Shown here one piece after another: positions 1-8,653 of a stretch of 64,000 nt of DNA. Origin of the DNA: an uncultured Pseudomonadota bacterium (lineage in GTDB: Bacteria; Pseudomonadota; Alphaproteobacteria; Rs-D84); assembly GCA_946613885.1 (NCBI GenBank), contig CAMOGA010000003.1:11764-75763 (forward strand), in the 5' to 3' direction. The position numbers and the translations under genes are program-made. The first letter of the stretch is position 1, and the number at the start of each line of letters is the position of its first letter. The notes under the pieces are model-generated. The model had not been told where the DNA came from. It was given only the letters and a program-made list of their open reading frames with translations, and did not search any database.

Positions 1-2
1 AA

Positions 3-236
3 ATTGCCCAATTCAAGGCAAAAGCGGAACGTTGTGCGCCCGGAAAAATTGAGGCGGCAAGACGTGAATTGTATGGAAATTTCGTTACCCAGACATTGGG
101 TAATTTGGGCAGTGGCTCCGGCGCGGCAGGTACAGCATCTGTGCTGGAAGCTGTATCGTCAATGGGTGGTTCTGGCAATATACAATCAATGTTGCCTTCG
201 TTGGGAACAATGGCTACCCAAATGTTGGATAAATAA
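3..236 (+). CDS. C-terminal fragment of a gene that starts upstream of the window; product unknown
   Basis: Frame 3 is open from the window edge to TAA 234-236 and reads ...GNLGSGSGAAGTASVLEAVSSMGGSGNIQSMLPSLGTMATQMLDK*. Track ORF 4..267 (frame 1) looks less protein-like. Confidence 0.3.
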   Translation: MAQFKAKAERCAPGKIEAARRELYGNFVTQTLGNLGSGSGAAGTASVLEAVSSMGGSGNIQSMLPSLGTMATQMLDK

Positions 237-322
237 TTTATACAAAATGTATTTTATGCTTTACTAAATTTTGTAAAATCTGTATAATAACAATATCATA
301 TAAATAAGGAAAGGAATCAAAC

Positions 323-1864
323 ATGAAAAATAGATGTTCTTGGTCGGTGCTGACATTGGTCGCATCTGTCGTTTTGGCTGGGTGCGCGGGAACTGAAAAT
401 ACGGAAGAATACACGGTATATGAAACACCAACCGTTGATTATGTCGCGGGGTTAAATGTAAAAGATGCGCCACACGCAGATTCCTTTTTGAATCAATTGG
501 CAATGAATTATCGTTCGTATGCTGTTTATAATGCGAAAACCAGTGGATATCCTGATATTGCTGAATTATTTGCACAAAAGGCCGTCACTGCGTTTTCTGG
601 TGAAACACCATTTCCTGAAAGTTTAAATTCTTGGCAGATTGCAGACGAAGCAGACAGATTTGAAATTTATACTGCATACAATGATTTAATAAATGAATTA
701 CAAAATGATGCGCAAATTGAACAACCACAATTGGCGGCTGAGGCTCAGGCAAAATTTGATTGTTGGATTTCTGCGGCATCTAGTGGGCAAAATTCCACGG
801 CAAATGAATGTAAAAAACGTTTCAAAACAACATTGGAAACTTTGCAGAATTGTTCAAATGGCAAAGTTGTTGCACCGACATATGTAAAATCTGAAAATGT
901 TGCGCCGGCACAACCCACAGAAGAAAAATATTATCCTGAAACCCGTCGTTTGAATTCAATGTCTGGAACATCCAGAACACGTGACGGTGTTGTTATTGTG
1001 AATAATGTTAATGTTGCACCAACTTTGGTACAACCGGTACCTGTGCCATCAAAACAAAAGGCGCAACCACCGATGGTGTTTAATCAAAATATTTATGGCG
1101 GTGATGAAACTGCAACTGATGGGGATGAAGTGTTCAGTGGGTCTGATAATTTTGATACTTCTGAACATTGGTCTAATACCAGAACAAATTCCACATCTGA
1201 TGCGTTCAATAATTCGAACACGACAACGAATACAGATTCTTTTAATGAAACAATATCCGAACCAGATGGCGACTATGTTTCACGCGATGAATTTATTGAA
1301 TTAATGGTGGCTATGCGCGAAGAATTGGCGGCGATAAATGACCGTTTGGACAATTTGAATAAACCAATGCCGGCACCAAACAATGAAAAAACGGTTATCA
1401 AAGTTCAACAAATTCCATTGGAACCACAACAACGCATAATGGAAGAAATCTTTGAAATTCGTTTTGATTTTGACAAGGCGATAATTAAACCAGAATACGA
1501 AGATGTTATAAGAAAATTGGCCGCCACAACCCAGGCAAATAAAAATGTCAAGGTTTCTGTGGTTGGACATACTGATACGGTTGGTTCCGATTCGTATAAT
1601 TATGCTTTGGGTGGCCGCAGGGCAGAGGCAGTTCAAAAAATGTTAATAGAATACGGAATCCCATCTGCACAAATTGTTGCTGTTTCTGCGGGTAAAGAAG
1701 ATTTAAAGGTTTGGACCCCAGATAACACACCAAATGCAGAAAATCGTCGTGTTCGTGTTGTCAAAGAAACACAATACACAGAACAACCACAACCAACACC
1801 ACTCGTTGTCGAAGAATATAGCGAAACAGACGGGTGTGAAGAATGTGATGGTGAAGAAATTTAA
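323..1864 (+). CDS. OmpA-family peptidoglycan-binding lipoprotein
   Basis: Signal peptide with lipobox LAGC. C-terminal block VVGHTDTVGSDSYNYALGGRRAEAV...NRRVRV is the OmpA/Pal-type PG-binding motif. Long low-complexity linker. Confidence 0.85.
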   Translation: MKNRCSWSVLTLVASVVLAGCAGTENTEEYTVYETPTVDYVAGLNVKDAPHADSFLNQLAMNYRSYAVYNAKTSGYPDIAELFAQKAVTAFSGETPFPESLNSWQIADEADRFEIYTAYNDLINELQNDAQIEQPQLAAEAQAKFDCWISAASSGQNSTANECKKRFKTTLETLQNCSNGKVVAPTYVKSENVAPAQPTEEKYYPETRRLNSMSGTSRTRDGVVIVNNVNVAPTLVQPVPVPSKQKAQPPMVFNQNIYGGDETATDGDEVFSGSDNFDTSEHWSNTRTNSTSDAFNNSNTTTNTDSFNETISEPDGDYVSRDEFIELMVAMREELAAINDRLDNLNKPMPAPNNEKTVIKVQQIPLEPQQRIMEEIFEIRFDFDKAIIKPEYEDVIRKLAATTQANKNVKVSVVGHTDTVGSDSYNYALGGRRAEAVQKMLIEYGIPSAQIVAVSAGKEDLKVWTPDNTPNAENRRVRVVKETQYTEQPQPTPLVVEEYSETDGCEECDGEEI

Positions 1865-1883
1865 AAAAAAATTGACAAAACAC

Positions 1884-1912
1884 TTGACAAAAAACATCTC
1901 TTGATGTATTAT
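1884..1912 (+). promoter_or_regulatory. sigma70-type promoter for the small ORF at 1954
   Basis: TTGACA (1884-1889), 17-nt spacer, TATTAT (1907-1912). Confidence 0.5.
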
Positions 1913-1953
1913 GCAAAAGATTTCAAGAGAGAAAAACATAAAAGGTAACAAAT

Positions 1954-2106
1954 ATGGATAAACGTGAATCTTTTGAAAATGCAATAAAAAATGCTAAATC
2001 TGCTGGGTTCAGGGGTGCAGCACAGAATGTGAAAGCGATAAACCTGGCGGCAGAATTTGCAAAACGTGGTATTAACACGGGAAATTTTGATAATTATAAT
2101 AATTAA
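1954..2106 (+). CDS. small hypothetical protein (50 aa), too short for the supplied track
   Basis: ATG 1954 preceded by AAAAGG, TAA 2104-2106. Reads MDKRESFENAIKNAKSAGFRGAAQNVKAINLAAEFAKRGINTGNFDNYNN. Has its own promoter and terminator. Confidence 0.4.
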   Translation: MDKRESFENAIKNAKSAGFRGAAQNVKAINLAAEFAKRGINTGNFDNYNN

Positions 2107-2137
2107 AAAAAACGATCCGTTTGGGTCGTTTTTTTTA
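2105..2137. terminator. bidirectional rho-independent terminator
   Basis: A-run, stem ACGATCC / loop GTTT / GGGTCGT, T-run, between convergent genes. Confidence 0.7.
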
Positions 2138-2920
2138 TCAGTAAGAAATTCCAAATAAATTTTTTATACAATTCGGACAATTACCGGCACCGTCACCTAT
2201 GGCCGCATGAGTAAGCATCCATGCACAATAACATGCACATTGCTGGTTGCAGTAACCAATGCTTCCTGCACTTGCATAAAGTACCCACGGAACAGGATTA
2301 GATGGCGCATATTTTATATTGGAATTTGTTGGTATATATCCGGTCGCTTTACACCAACAGTATGTCCCAGATGATTGTTCATAATTGTCAACTGTTTTTG
2401 CAGTAGCGTCGCTTGGAGTACATTTTCCCATACCGTATATTGCCCCATAATTAAACATGATTTTCCATTCGAATCTGTTTAACTCTTTGAAATTTTGATT
2501 GTTACAGGTTGTATAATTTATTGTTTCGTCATACTGTCTGCAACTATCGTTTCCATTATAAACACTTTTACAGAATCCCGCATTGCCTGTTATTGTGGCA
2601 TCCAATGTTGAAAAATCGTATTCTGGACGCACATTCCAACCCTTAAACTTATACCCAGGTTTTGTTGGATTGGCTGGTAAATTTATCGATGTATCATAAG
2701 TGCATGTATTTGAATTTGTTGATGTCACATTTAACAATGTATTATTGTTATACCATCTTAAATCTATTGTTTCGGGTTCAAATTCTGCACGCAAATTAAC
2801 GGGACCGATGTCTGTATTCAAAACATCTGTATCACATGTTTCGCCGCCAGAAATATCTGTTGCAAACGACGGCAATGACATAATCGTAATAATAAAAAAC
2901 GCCTGTGTATGTTTTAACAT
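2138..2920 (-). CDS. secreted Cys-rich protein with Listeria/Bacteroides-type repeat (family D)
   Basis: Start at ATG 2920 (MLKHTQAFFIITIMSLPSFA, GGGAGA RBS) gives a signal peptide. PTKPGYKFKGWNV fits the Flg_new-type repeat signature. 14 Cys. N-terminus aligns with ORFs 19146 and 61305; the C-terminus (FNYGAIYGMGKC...YCWCKATGY) aligns with the C-terminus of ORF 23085. Confidence 0.75.
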   Translation of the reverse strand: MLKHTQAFFIITIMSLPSFATDISGGETCDTDVLNTDIGPVNLRAEFEPETIDLRWYNNNTLLNVTSTNSNTCTYDTSINLPANPTKPGYKFKGWNVRPEYDFSTLDATITGNAGFCKSVYNGNDSCRQYDETINYTTCNNQNFKELNRFEWKIMFNYGAIYGMGKCTPSDATAKTVDNYEQSSGTYCWCKATGYIPTNSNIKYAPSNPVPWVLYASAGSIGYCNQQCACYCAWMLTHAAIGDGAGNCPNCIKNLFGISY

Positions 2921-3028
2921 CCCTTGTCTCCCGTGCTTTTTATACACAAAAACCACCAGAATTTAGGTGGTTGGAGGTTAACGACAATTCAAATAGGAAA
3001 TTGTGTGCTTATTCGATATATTCGCACC

Positions 3029-3054
3029 CTCCAACCGTTGGTTGGAGATTTTTT
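3029..3054 (+). terminator. terminator-like hairpin plus T-run upstream of the rho promoter
   Basis: CTCCAACC / GTT / GGTTGGAG followed by ATTTTTT. The 5' arm can alternatively pair with 2969-2977 (see finding). Confidence 0.45.
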
Positions 3055-3174
3055 ACCTGTTTTATTCAAACAGATACCTATTTGTAAAGGGTCGTTAAAC
3101 CCCATCAGAAAACCATCTCTGACGAACATATTTTATCATAAACAATGAACAAAAAGAAAGCGTTTTTTAATATC

Positions 3175-3203
3175 TTGACTTTTTTGCGTTTTTTTACTAT
3201 AAT
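3175..3203 (+). promoter_or_regulatory. sigma70-type promoter of rho
   Basis: TTGACT (3175-3180), 17-nt spacer, TATAAT (3198-3203). About 55-nt leader before ATG 3263. Confidence 0.55.
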
Positions 3204-3262
3204 AATGACATCAAAGCGGCGGAATTCTCCGTCTGCATTCTCCAAAACAGAAAGGTTTTTTT

Positions 3263-4531
3263 ATGCATGTAAATGAATTAAAGACAAAGTCACCTCAACA
3301 ATTGTTGAAGATGGCTGAAGATATGGGAATTGAAAATCCATCCCAATTAAACGTTCAACAATTGCGTTTTGCGGTTATGCGTATGTACGCAGCGGATGAA
3401 TCAATCGTATTGATTGGTGATGGGGTTTTGGAACGTCATCCTGATGGATTCGGATTTTTGCGCGCCCCAGAAAGTAATTATCTGGCGGGGCCGGATGATT
3501 TATACGTATCGCCAAATTTAATCAAAAAATATGGATTAAAAACTGGTGATTATGTCGAAGGTCAAATTCAGGCACCACAAAACGAATCCGAACGTTATTT
3601 TGCATTGGAAACAATTGAACGCGTAAATGGTGATAATCCAGAAAAATTACGCCATCGTGTATCGTTTGATGATATGACACCACTTTATCCAGATGAACGC
3701 TTAAAGATGGAGGTTGAAAATGATACCGACAAAGGACGTAATTTATCTGCACGTGTTATTGATTTAATTTCTCCGACCGGCAAAGGTCAACGTTCTTTGA
3801 TTGTTGCACCACCAAGAACTGGTAAAACGGTCATGTTACAAAATATTGCGCACTCGATTGCGACAAATTACCCAGATGTTAAATTGATTGTATTGTTGAT
3901 TGATGAACGTCCAGAAGAAGTGACTGATATGCAACGCAGTGTTCGGGGCGAGGTTATATCTTCAACATTTGATGAACCAGCCACGCGCCATATACAGGTT
4001 GCAGAAATGGTTATAGAAAAGGCAAAACGTTTGGTCGAAGCAGGCCAAGATGTTGTAATTTTATTGGATTCTATAACACGTTTGGGACGCGCGTATAATA
4101 CCGTTGTTCCATCCAGTGGCAAGGTTTTAACTGGTGGTGTTGACGCATATGCACTGCAACGACCAAAGCGTTTCTTTGGTGCGGCGCGTAATATCGAAGG
4201 TGGTGGTTCTTTGACGATTATTGCCACTGCGTTAATTGATACCGGTTCCAAAATGGATGAAGTTGTTTTTGAAGAATTCAAAGGAACAGGTAACAGTGAA
4301 ATCATACTGGACAGAAAATTATCAGATAAACGTGTATATCCGGCAATTGATATCACTAAATCTGGTACCCGCAAAGAAGATTTATTGGTGTCCAAAGATA
4401 TTTTATCCAAAATGTATGTTTTACGTCGTATAATTAATCCAATGGGAACATTAGAGGCAATGGAATTTTTGTTGGATAAATTACGATTAACAAAAACAAA
4501 CAATGATTTCTTTAATGCAATGAATCAATAA
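3263..4531 (+). CDS. rho: transcription termination factor Rho
   Basis: 422 aa. N-terminal Rho RNA-binding region, Walker A APPRTGKT, and full-length resemblance to bacterial Rho ([21 protein letters not shown]...). Confidence 0.97.
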   Translation: MHVNELKTKSPQQLLKMAEDMGIENPSQLNVQQLRFAVMRMYAADESIVLIGDGVLERHPDGFGFLRAPESNYLAGPDDLYVSPNLIKKYGLKTGDYVEGQIQAPQNESERYFALETIERVNGDNPEKLRHRVSFDDMTPLYPDERLKMEVENDTDKGRNLSARVIDLISPTGKGQRSLIVAPPRTGKTVMLQNIAHSIATNYPDVKLIVLLIDERPEEVTDMQRSVRGEVISSTFDEPATRHIQVAEMVIEKAKRLVEAGQDVVILLDSITRLGRAYNTVVPSSGKVLTGGVDAYALQRPKRFFGAARNIEGGGSLTIIATALIDTGSKMDEVVFEEFKGTGNSEIILDRKLSDKRVYPAIDITKSGTRKEDLLVSKDILSKMYVLRRIINPMGTLEAMEFLLDKLRLTKTNNDFFNAMNQ

Positions 4532-4533
4532 AG

Positions 4534-4562
4534 AAAAATCCGCCATTTGGCGGATTTTTTTT
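4534..4562 (+). terminator. rho-independent terminator after rho
   Basis: AAAAATCCGCC-ATTT-GGCGGATTTTTTTTT. Confidence 0.8.
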
Positions 4563-4574
4563 GGGGGAATTTTT

Positions 4575-4802
4575 ATGAATAAATTTTATATATTAATGGT
4601 ATTTTGCGCACTGATTTTCGGTGCGTTTTTTTATGGCGTAAATATTACAAATGCAAAATGCCGTATGCATACGGCAATTGAACAAAATCAAAACCAAATC
4701 CGCACAATTCAAACCAAAGGAATAATTCATGACATTGTTTATAAAACTTCTGTTGGTGATATTCGTCGCATCTTGTTCGATAAATACACAATCAAAGAAT
4801 AG
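4575..4802 (+). CDS. small hypothetical membrane protein
   Basis: 75 aa with an N-terminal hydrophobic helix. GGGGGA RBS-like run upstream. Overlaps the next ORF by 74 nt, so one of the two may be spurious. Confidence 0.4.
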   Translation: MNKFYILMVFCALIFGAFFYGVNITNAKCRMHTAIEQNQNQIRTIQTKGIIHDIVYKTSVGDIRRILFDKYTIKE

Positions 4803-4914
4803 GGCGTGTAATTGCGATATAATATACGGACATGCATCAGATTGGGAACAAATCAGTGATGATTTAGCGCGTAATATATATGAACATAATTTAAATTGTG
4901 AAAAAAATTTTTAA
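4729..4914 (+). CDS. small putative lipoprotein
   Basis: 61 aa with a lipobox-like LLLVIFVASC. Overlaps ORF 4575..4802. Confidence 0.35.
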   Translation: MTLFIKLLLVIFVASCSINTQSKNRACNCDIIYGHASDWEQISDDLARNIYEHNLNCEKNF

Positions 4915-5864
4915 TGTTTTAACGATTCGATGACACTTTCCGCGGCATCTTGTATTCTTTGTAAACCGTGTTCATATGTTTCACAATCACGGGCAATCTC
5001 TGATTTATATGCATCGCGTAAATTTGTTGACATATACGAACACGCACGCAAATTATTCACGCAATATTCATGACCTGTATTAAATGCATTTTGACCACGG
5101 ATACGACTTTGTGTGTCAGACCAATCAATATTCAATGCGTTTTCAATATTAACCCACGGATTTGTTCCTGTATATGTTCCGATGGTGTTGTCCCAATATT
5201 CCTTGATTTCGTCACTGGTTGCATCAGTATTATATTGCAGACGAATAATTTCTTGGATTAACGAATCGATTTTGTTTTGATATTTAGAATCAATCTGTGC
5301 CAATTTTGCACTGCAATAGCAACGGTTATACGGTGTATCTTCACGTTGGCAATACATTTCCATACATTCTTTGTAATCGGAAAAACAACGTTGTGCAGAA
5401 ACACGTGTTGTCGCCGAACGATTCGTCACATTTGAACGTGCGTTTGTTGTTCGTGTCTGTACGGGTGCCGCAGAACGTGTCACCATATTTGAAGAGCCAC
5501 GACCACCAACACTACGAACCGCAGGTGCGGTTTGTGCCGCGCGGACGGTTGTTGTATTATTCCGTGAAACAACACGTCGTTCAGAATTGTTCACAGGCAT
5601 TGAATTGTTTGTTGCCGCCGCACGCGCACGTGTTGTTCGTTTCGTAACACCGCGTTTTCCAATCGGCGCGACTGAATTTGAATTAATTGTATTTGTAGAT
5701 GTTGTTTTTTTATCAGATTTTATCTGTGCATTATTTAACCGATAAGGATAAACATCATCGTGTGATGTGACGGTATTAAATCGTTGTTTTGGCATAAACC
5801 CTACTGCGCCTGATACGTCAGTAGTAAACACAAACAACAAAGCAAGAAATAATCCTTTCCACAT
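4911..5864 (-). CDS. secreted protein with an R/T/N/S-rich region plus a Cys-rich domain (Cys-rich family 1)
   Basis: Signal peptide, ~130-aa low-complexity basic T/N/S/R region, then CFSDYKECMEMYCQREDTPYNRCYCSAKLAQID. That block aligns with DYSKCKTVYYECMDEFCANKDSNLRRCACSARIHEFD in ORF 42576. Confidence 0.75.
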   Translation of the reverse strand: MWKGLFLALLFVFTTDVSGAVGFMPKQRFNTVTSHDDVYPYRLNNAQIKSDKKTTSTNTINSNSVAPIGKRGVTKRTTRARAAATNNSMPVNNSERRVVSRNNTTTVRAAQTAPAVRSVGGRGSSNMVTRSAAPVQTRTTNARSNVTNRSATTRVSAQRCFSDYKECMEMYCQREDTPYNRCYCSAKLAQIDSKYQNKIDSLIQEIIRLQYNTDATSDEIKEYWDNTIGTYTGTNPWVNIENALNIDWSDTQSRIRGQNAFNTGHEYCVNNLRACSYMSTNLRDAYKSEIARDCETYEHGLQRIQDAAESVIESLKH

Positions 5865-5932
5865 ATTTACATTTTAATTTTTTTTACAAAAATATACAAG
5901 CATATTTTTATTGGCAATAGGGTCTGTATCAT

Positions 5933-7000
5933 TTAGTTTATTTTTCGTTGAATTGGTTGCGGTGGTCTGTGAAGTGGATATGTTGGACAAATATGACAAC
6001 CGTTTTCCCGTTGCAGTTTGATAGAATAAGCATAATTTATTTTTGAACCTTTTTCTGCATACGCTTGTTCGATTTTATGTAAAAAAGGTTCTCTAACTTT
6101 GTCTATCCAATCTTTAGCAATATTACCGTTGTAATTTCTTGCGGCACCAACCATTTCATCGTCTATTTGATAGGCTCTGTTATAGTTTTTTACGTTCAAG
6201 AATTTACGAAACTGATTGTATGCAATACTTGGACCACTGCCCATTGCAGCCAGCAAATAATAACCACTTATAGTATCCGGTAATTTATATATTTTGTATT
6301 TCAGCCAAAAATAATTATAATAATAATCTTCTGCTTGTGCGTATGTTATTTTTGACAAGGCTTCCTTGGTAGGAAATTTATCTTTGTTATAATTCCAAGC
6401 AATACCAAGGCATGTGTATCCGCCAGAATCAGCCTTAATTGTACCACAACCGCCTTCCTTGCGTAATATTGTTATCATGGCTTTTTCAAAAGCTGGTGAT
6501 ATTGTTTCGTATCTGCCAGACGTAAGGATTCTGTTTTCACGTCCTTTGCCAGCATGATTTGGCGGATAACACGCGCCGCCAGTAACTGTAGGACCTGGAA
6601 TCACGGGTTTCCTACCAATCGTCCAATCTGTAATACAATGGTCGGTGTTTGTGTATGAATATTGTGCATTTGTTGTGCTGTTTTGCGGACACCGTTGTTC
6701 ATCATATGGATATTTTTCACAATATTCACCAATGTTCATAGATTTCGCATCCTGTTCTTGTTGTTTTGCTTCGGCTTCTGCCTCCAAAATCATATGATCG
6801 ATAAAAATTTCCTCACCAGGAACAATTTCTAATTCTTGATATGCCTTTTTATCCAATAATGGTTTATACCCATCGTATGCAATTTCCATACGACTTTTAA
6901 AAGACATATCATCAATAGTTCCTGGAAATTTTGCACCAGATAATTCGGCGTATGCCGACATTACAACAAACACACAGAAAAAAACGAAATATTTTTTCAT
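5933..7000 (-). CDS. secreted GH108-like peptidoglycan hydrolase candidate
   Basis: Signal peptide. LRKEGGCGTIKADSGGYTCLGIAWNY resembles the GH108 N-terminal E-G-G...GG.T..GI motif. Assigned from memory of the family, not searched. Confidence 0.55.
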   Translation of the reverse strand: MKKYFVFFCVFVVMSAYAELSGAKFPGTIDDMSFKSRMEIAYDGYKPLLDKKAYQELEIVPGEEIFIDHMILEAEAEAKQQEQDAKSMNIGEYCEKYPYDEQRCPQNSTTNAQYSYTNTDHCITDWTIGRKPVIPGPTVTGGACYPPNHAGKGRENRILTSGRYETISPAFEKAMITILRKEGGCGTIKADSGGYTCLGIAWNYNKDKFPTKEALSKITYAQAEDYYYNYFWLKYKIYKLPDTISGYYLLAAMGSGPSIAYNQFRKFLNVKNYNRAYQIDDEMVGAARNYNGNIAKDWIDKVREPFLHKIEQAYAEKGSKINYAYSIKLQRENGCHICPTYPLHRPPQPIQRKIN

Positions 7001-7118
7001 TGATATTTATTTTATCATACCAAAAGGTTTTTTCATAATATTTTTATGTTATTATATCGTTGACAATTAATTGTTTTTATGTCAGTAATATTACAATAAA
7101 AAACAGGAGAAATCTCTT

Positions 7119-7694
7119 ATGGCATTTAATTTTATCAAAACACAGATAGAAGGTGTTTACATAATTGAACCAAAAATTTTTAAAGATTCACGTGGATATT
7201 TTTTTGAAAGTTATAACGAGGAAGATTTTCATAAAAATGGCATCAAGAATCGGTTTGTCCAAGACAATCAATCCAAATCGTCTTATGGTGTTGTGCGTGG
7301 GTTGCATTGCCAGTTGGGTCAGCACAGCCAGGCAAAATTGGTTCGTGTATTAAGTGGTAAAGTATTGGATGTTGCTGTTGATATTCGTTTTGGTTCACCA
7401 ACATTTGGAAAACATGTTGCTGTGGTATTGTCTGATGAAAATCAACGTCAATTATTTATACCGCGTGATTTTTTGCATGGTTTTTCTGTGTTAAGTGACA
7501 CAGCGATTTTTGCATACAAAGTGGACAATTTATATAACAAAGAATCTGAATTTGGTATCCGTTATGACGATCCAACGATAGGTGTTGATTGGAAAGTGCC
7601 GACGGATAAAATTTTAACTTCTGCAAAAGACAGATTAGCAAATAAACTGCAAGATATTTATTATGGGAACACAAATTATGGGAAAATAAAATGA
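7119..7694 (+). CDS. rfbC: dTDP-4-dehydrorhamnose 3,5-epimerase
   Basis: 191 aa. GVYIIEPKIFKDSRGYFFESYN...VQDNQSKSSYGVVRGLHCQ is typical RmlC cupin sequence. Confidence 0.92.
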   Translation: MAFNFIKTQIEGVYIIEPKIFKDSRGYFFESYNEEDFHKNGIKNRFVQDNQSKSSYGVVRGLHCQLGQHSQAKLVRVLSGKVLDVAVDIRFGSPTFGKHVAVVLSDENQRQLFIPRDFLHGFSVLSDTAIFAYKVDNLYNKESEFGIRYDDPTIGVDWKVPTDKILTSAKDRLANKLQDIYYGNTNYGKIK

Positions 7695-8515
7695 AAAACG
7701 TTTTAATTACTGGGGCAAATGGTCAGTTGGGTCGAGAATTGTCATACATGGTGCCTGGCGCGATTTTAACAGACAAAGATGATATGGATATAACAAATGA
7801 AAATGTTGTTAAATATTGGGTTGACAAGAACCATATAGATACAATTATAAATTGTGCGGCGTATACCGCGGTTGATAAAGCCGAAGAAGATGTAAAATTA
7901 GCCACCAAAATTAATGTTGATGGTCCGCGTAATTTGGCAAAATCCGGTGCAAAAATAATCCATATCTCGACAGATTATGTTTTTGATGGAAATGGTCATA
8001 AACCATATCAGGTACACGATAAAACAAATCCGTTATCTGTTTATGGAAAAACAAAATTAGCCGGCGAAAACGAAGTATTAAAATATGCAGATAACGCGAT
8101 AATTATTCGTACAGCATGGCTTTATTCTCCGTATGGTAATAATTTTGTAAAAACTATGCGCCGTTTGGGAACTGAAAAAACAGTATCTGTTGTTTCTGAT
8201 CAAATCGGAACACCAACATATGCGTATGATTTGGCTGAAGCGATAGTGCAGATTTTGCCACAAATGACTATGCAGAATCGTGGTATTTATCATTTTACAA
8301 ATGAAGGTGTATGTTCTTGGTATGATTTTGCACATGAAATAATGAAAATATCAGGTTTAAAATGCGATGTAATACCAATACCTTCATCTGCATATCCGAC
8401 CAGGGCAAAACGTCCGTATTACAGTGTATTGGATAAAAGCAAAATAAAAGATACATTTGGTATAAAAATAAATCATTGGACAACCGCATTACAAAATTGT
8501 TTACAAAGATTTTGA
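7691..8515 (+). CDS. rfbD: dTDP-4-dehydrorhamnose reductase
   Basis: 274 aa. ILITGANGQLG Rossmann motif, INCAAYTAVDKAE, GTPTYAYDLA. ATGA overlap with rfbC. Confidence 0.9.
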   Translation: MKNVLITGANGQLGRELSYMVPGAILTDKDDMDITNENVVKYWVDKNHIDTIINCAAYTAVDKAEEDVKLATKINVDGPRNLAKSGAKIIHISTDYVFDGNGHKPYQVHDKTNPLSVYGKTKLAGENEVLKYADNAIIIRTAWLYSPYGNNFVKTMRRLGTEKTVSVVSDQIGTPTYAYDLAEAIVQILPQMTMQNRGIYHFTNEGVCSWYDFAHEIMKISGLKCDVIPIPSSAYPTRAKRPYYSVLDKSKIKDTFGIKINHWTTALQNCLQRF

Positions 8516-8520
8516 TAAAA

Positions 8521-8546
8521 AAAGACCGAAATTCGGTCTTTTTTTA
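8521..8546 (+). terminator. rho-independent terminator after rfbD
   Basis: AAAGACCGAAATTCGGTCTTTTTTT. Confidence 0.8.
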
Positions 8547-8653
8547 TAACCTTTATATTAACGTGTTCTTGGCTTTGATGATACCATATTTTGCATAATG
8601 TATCAAATTATTATTTTTTAATTTGTTTTTTTGTGGTATAATTAGAAACGAAT

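Noticed and set aside
3868-4503. 211-aa antisense ORF inside rho, and similar long antisense or alternative-frame ORFs inside polA, the 42576 gene (43642..44232), the MotA-like gene (16754..17263) and lepB (20599..21021)
   Set aside because: Each is fully contained in a confidently identified gene on the other strand or frame, and none has recognisable protein features.
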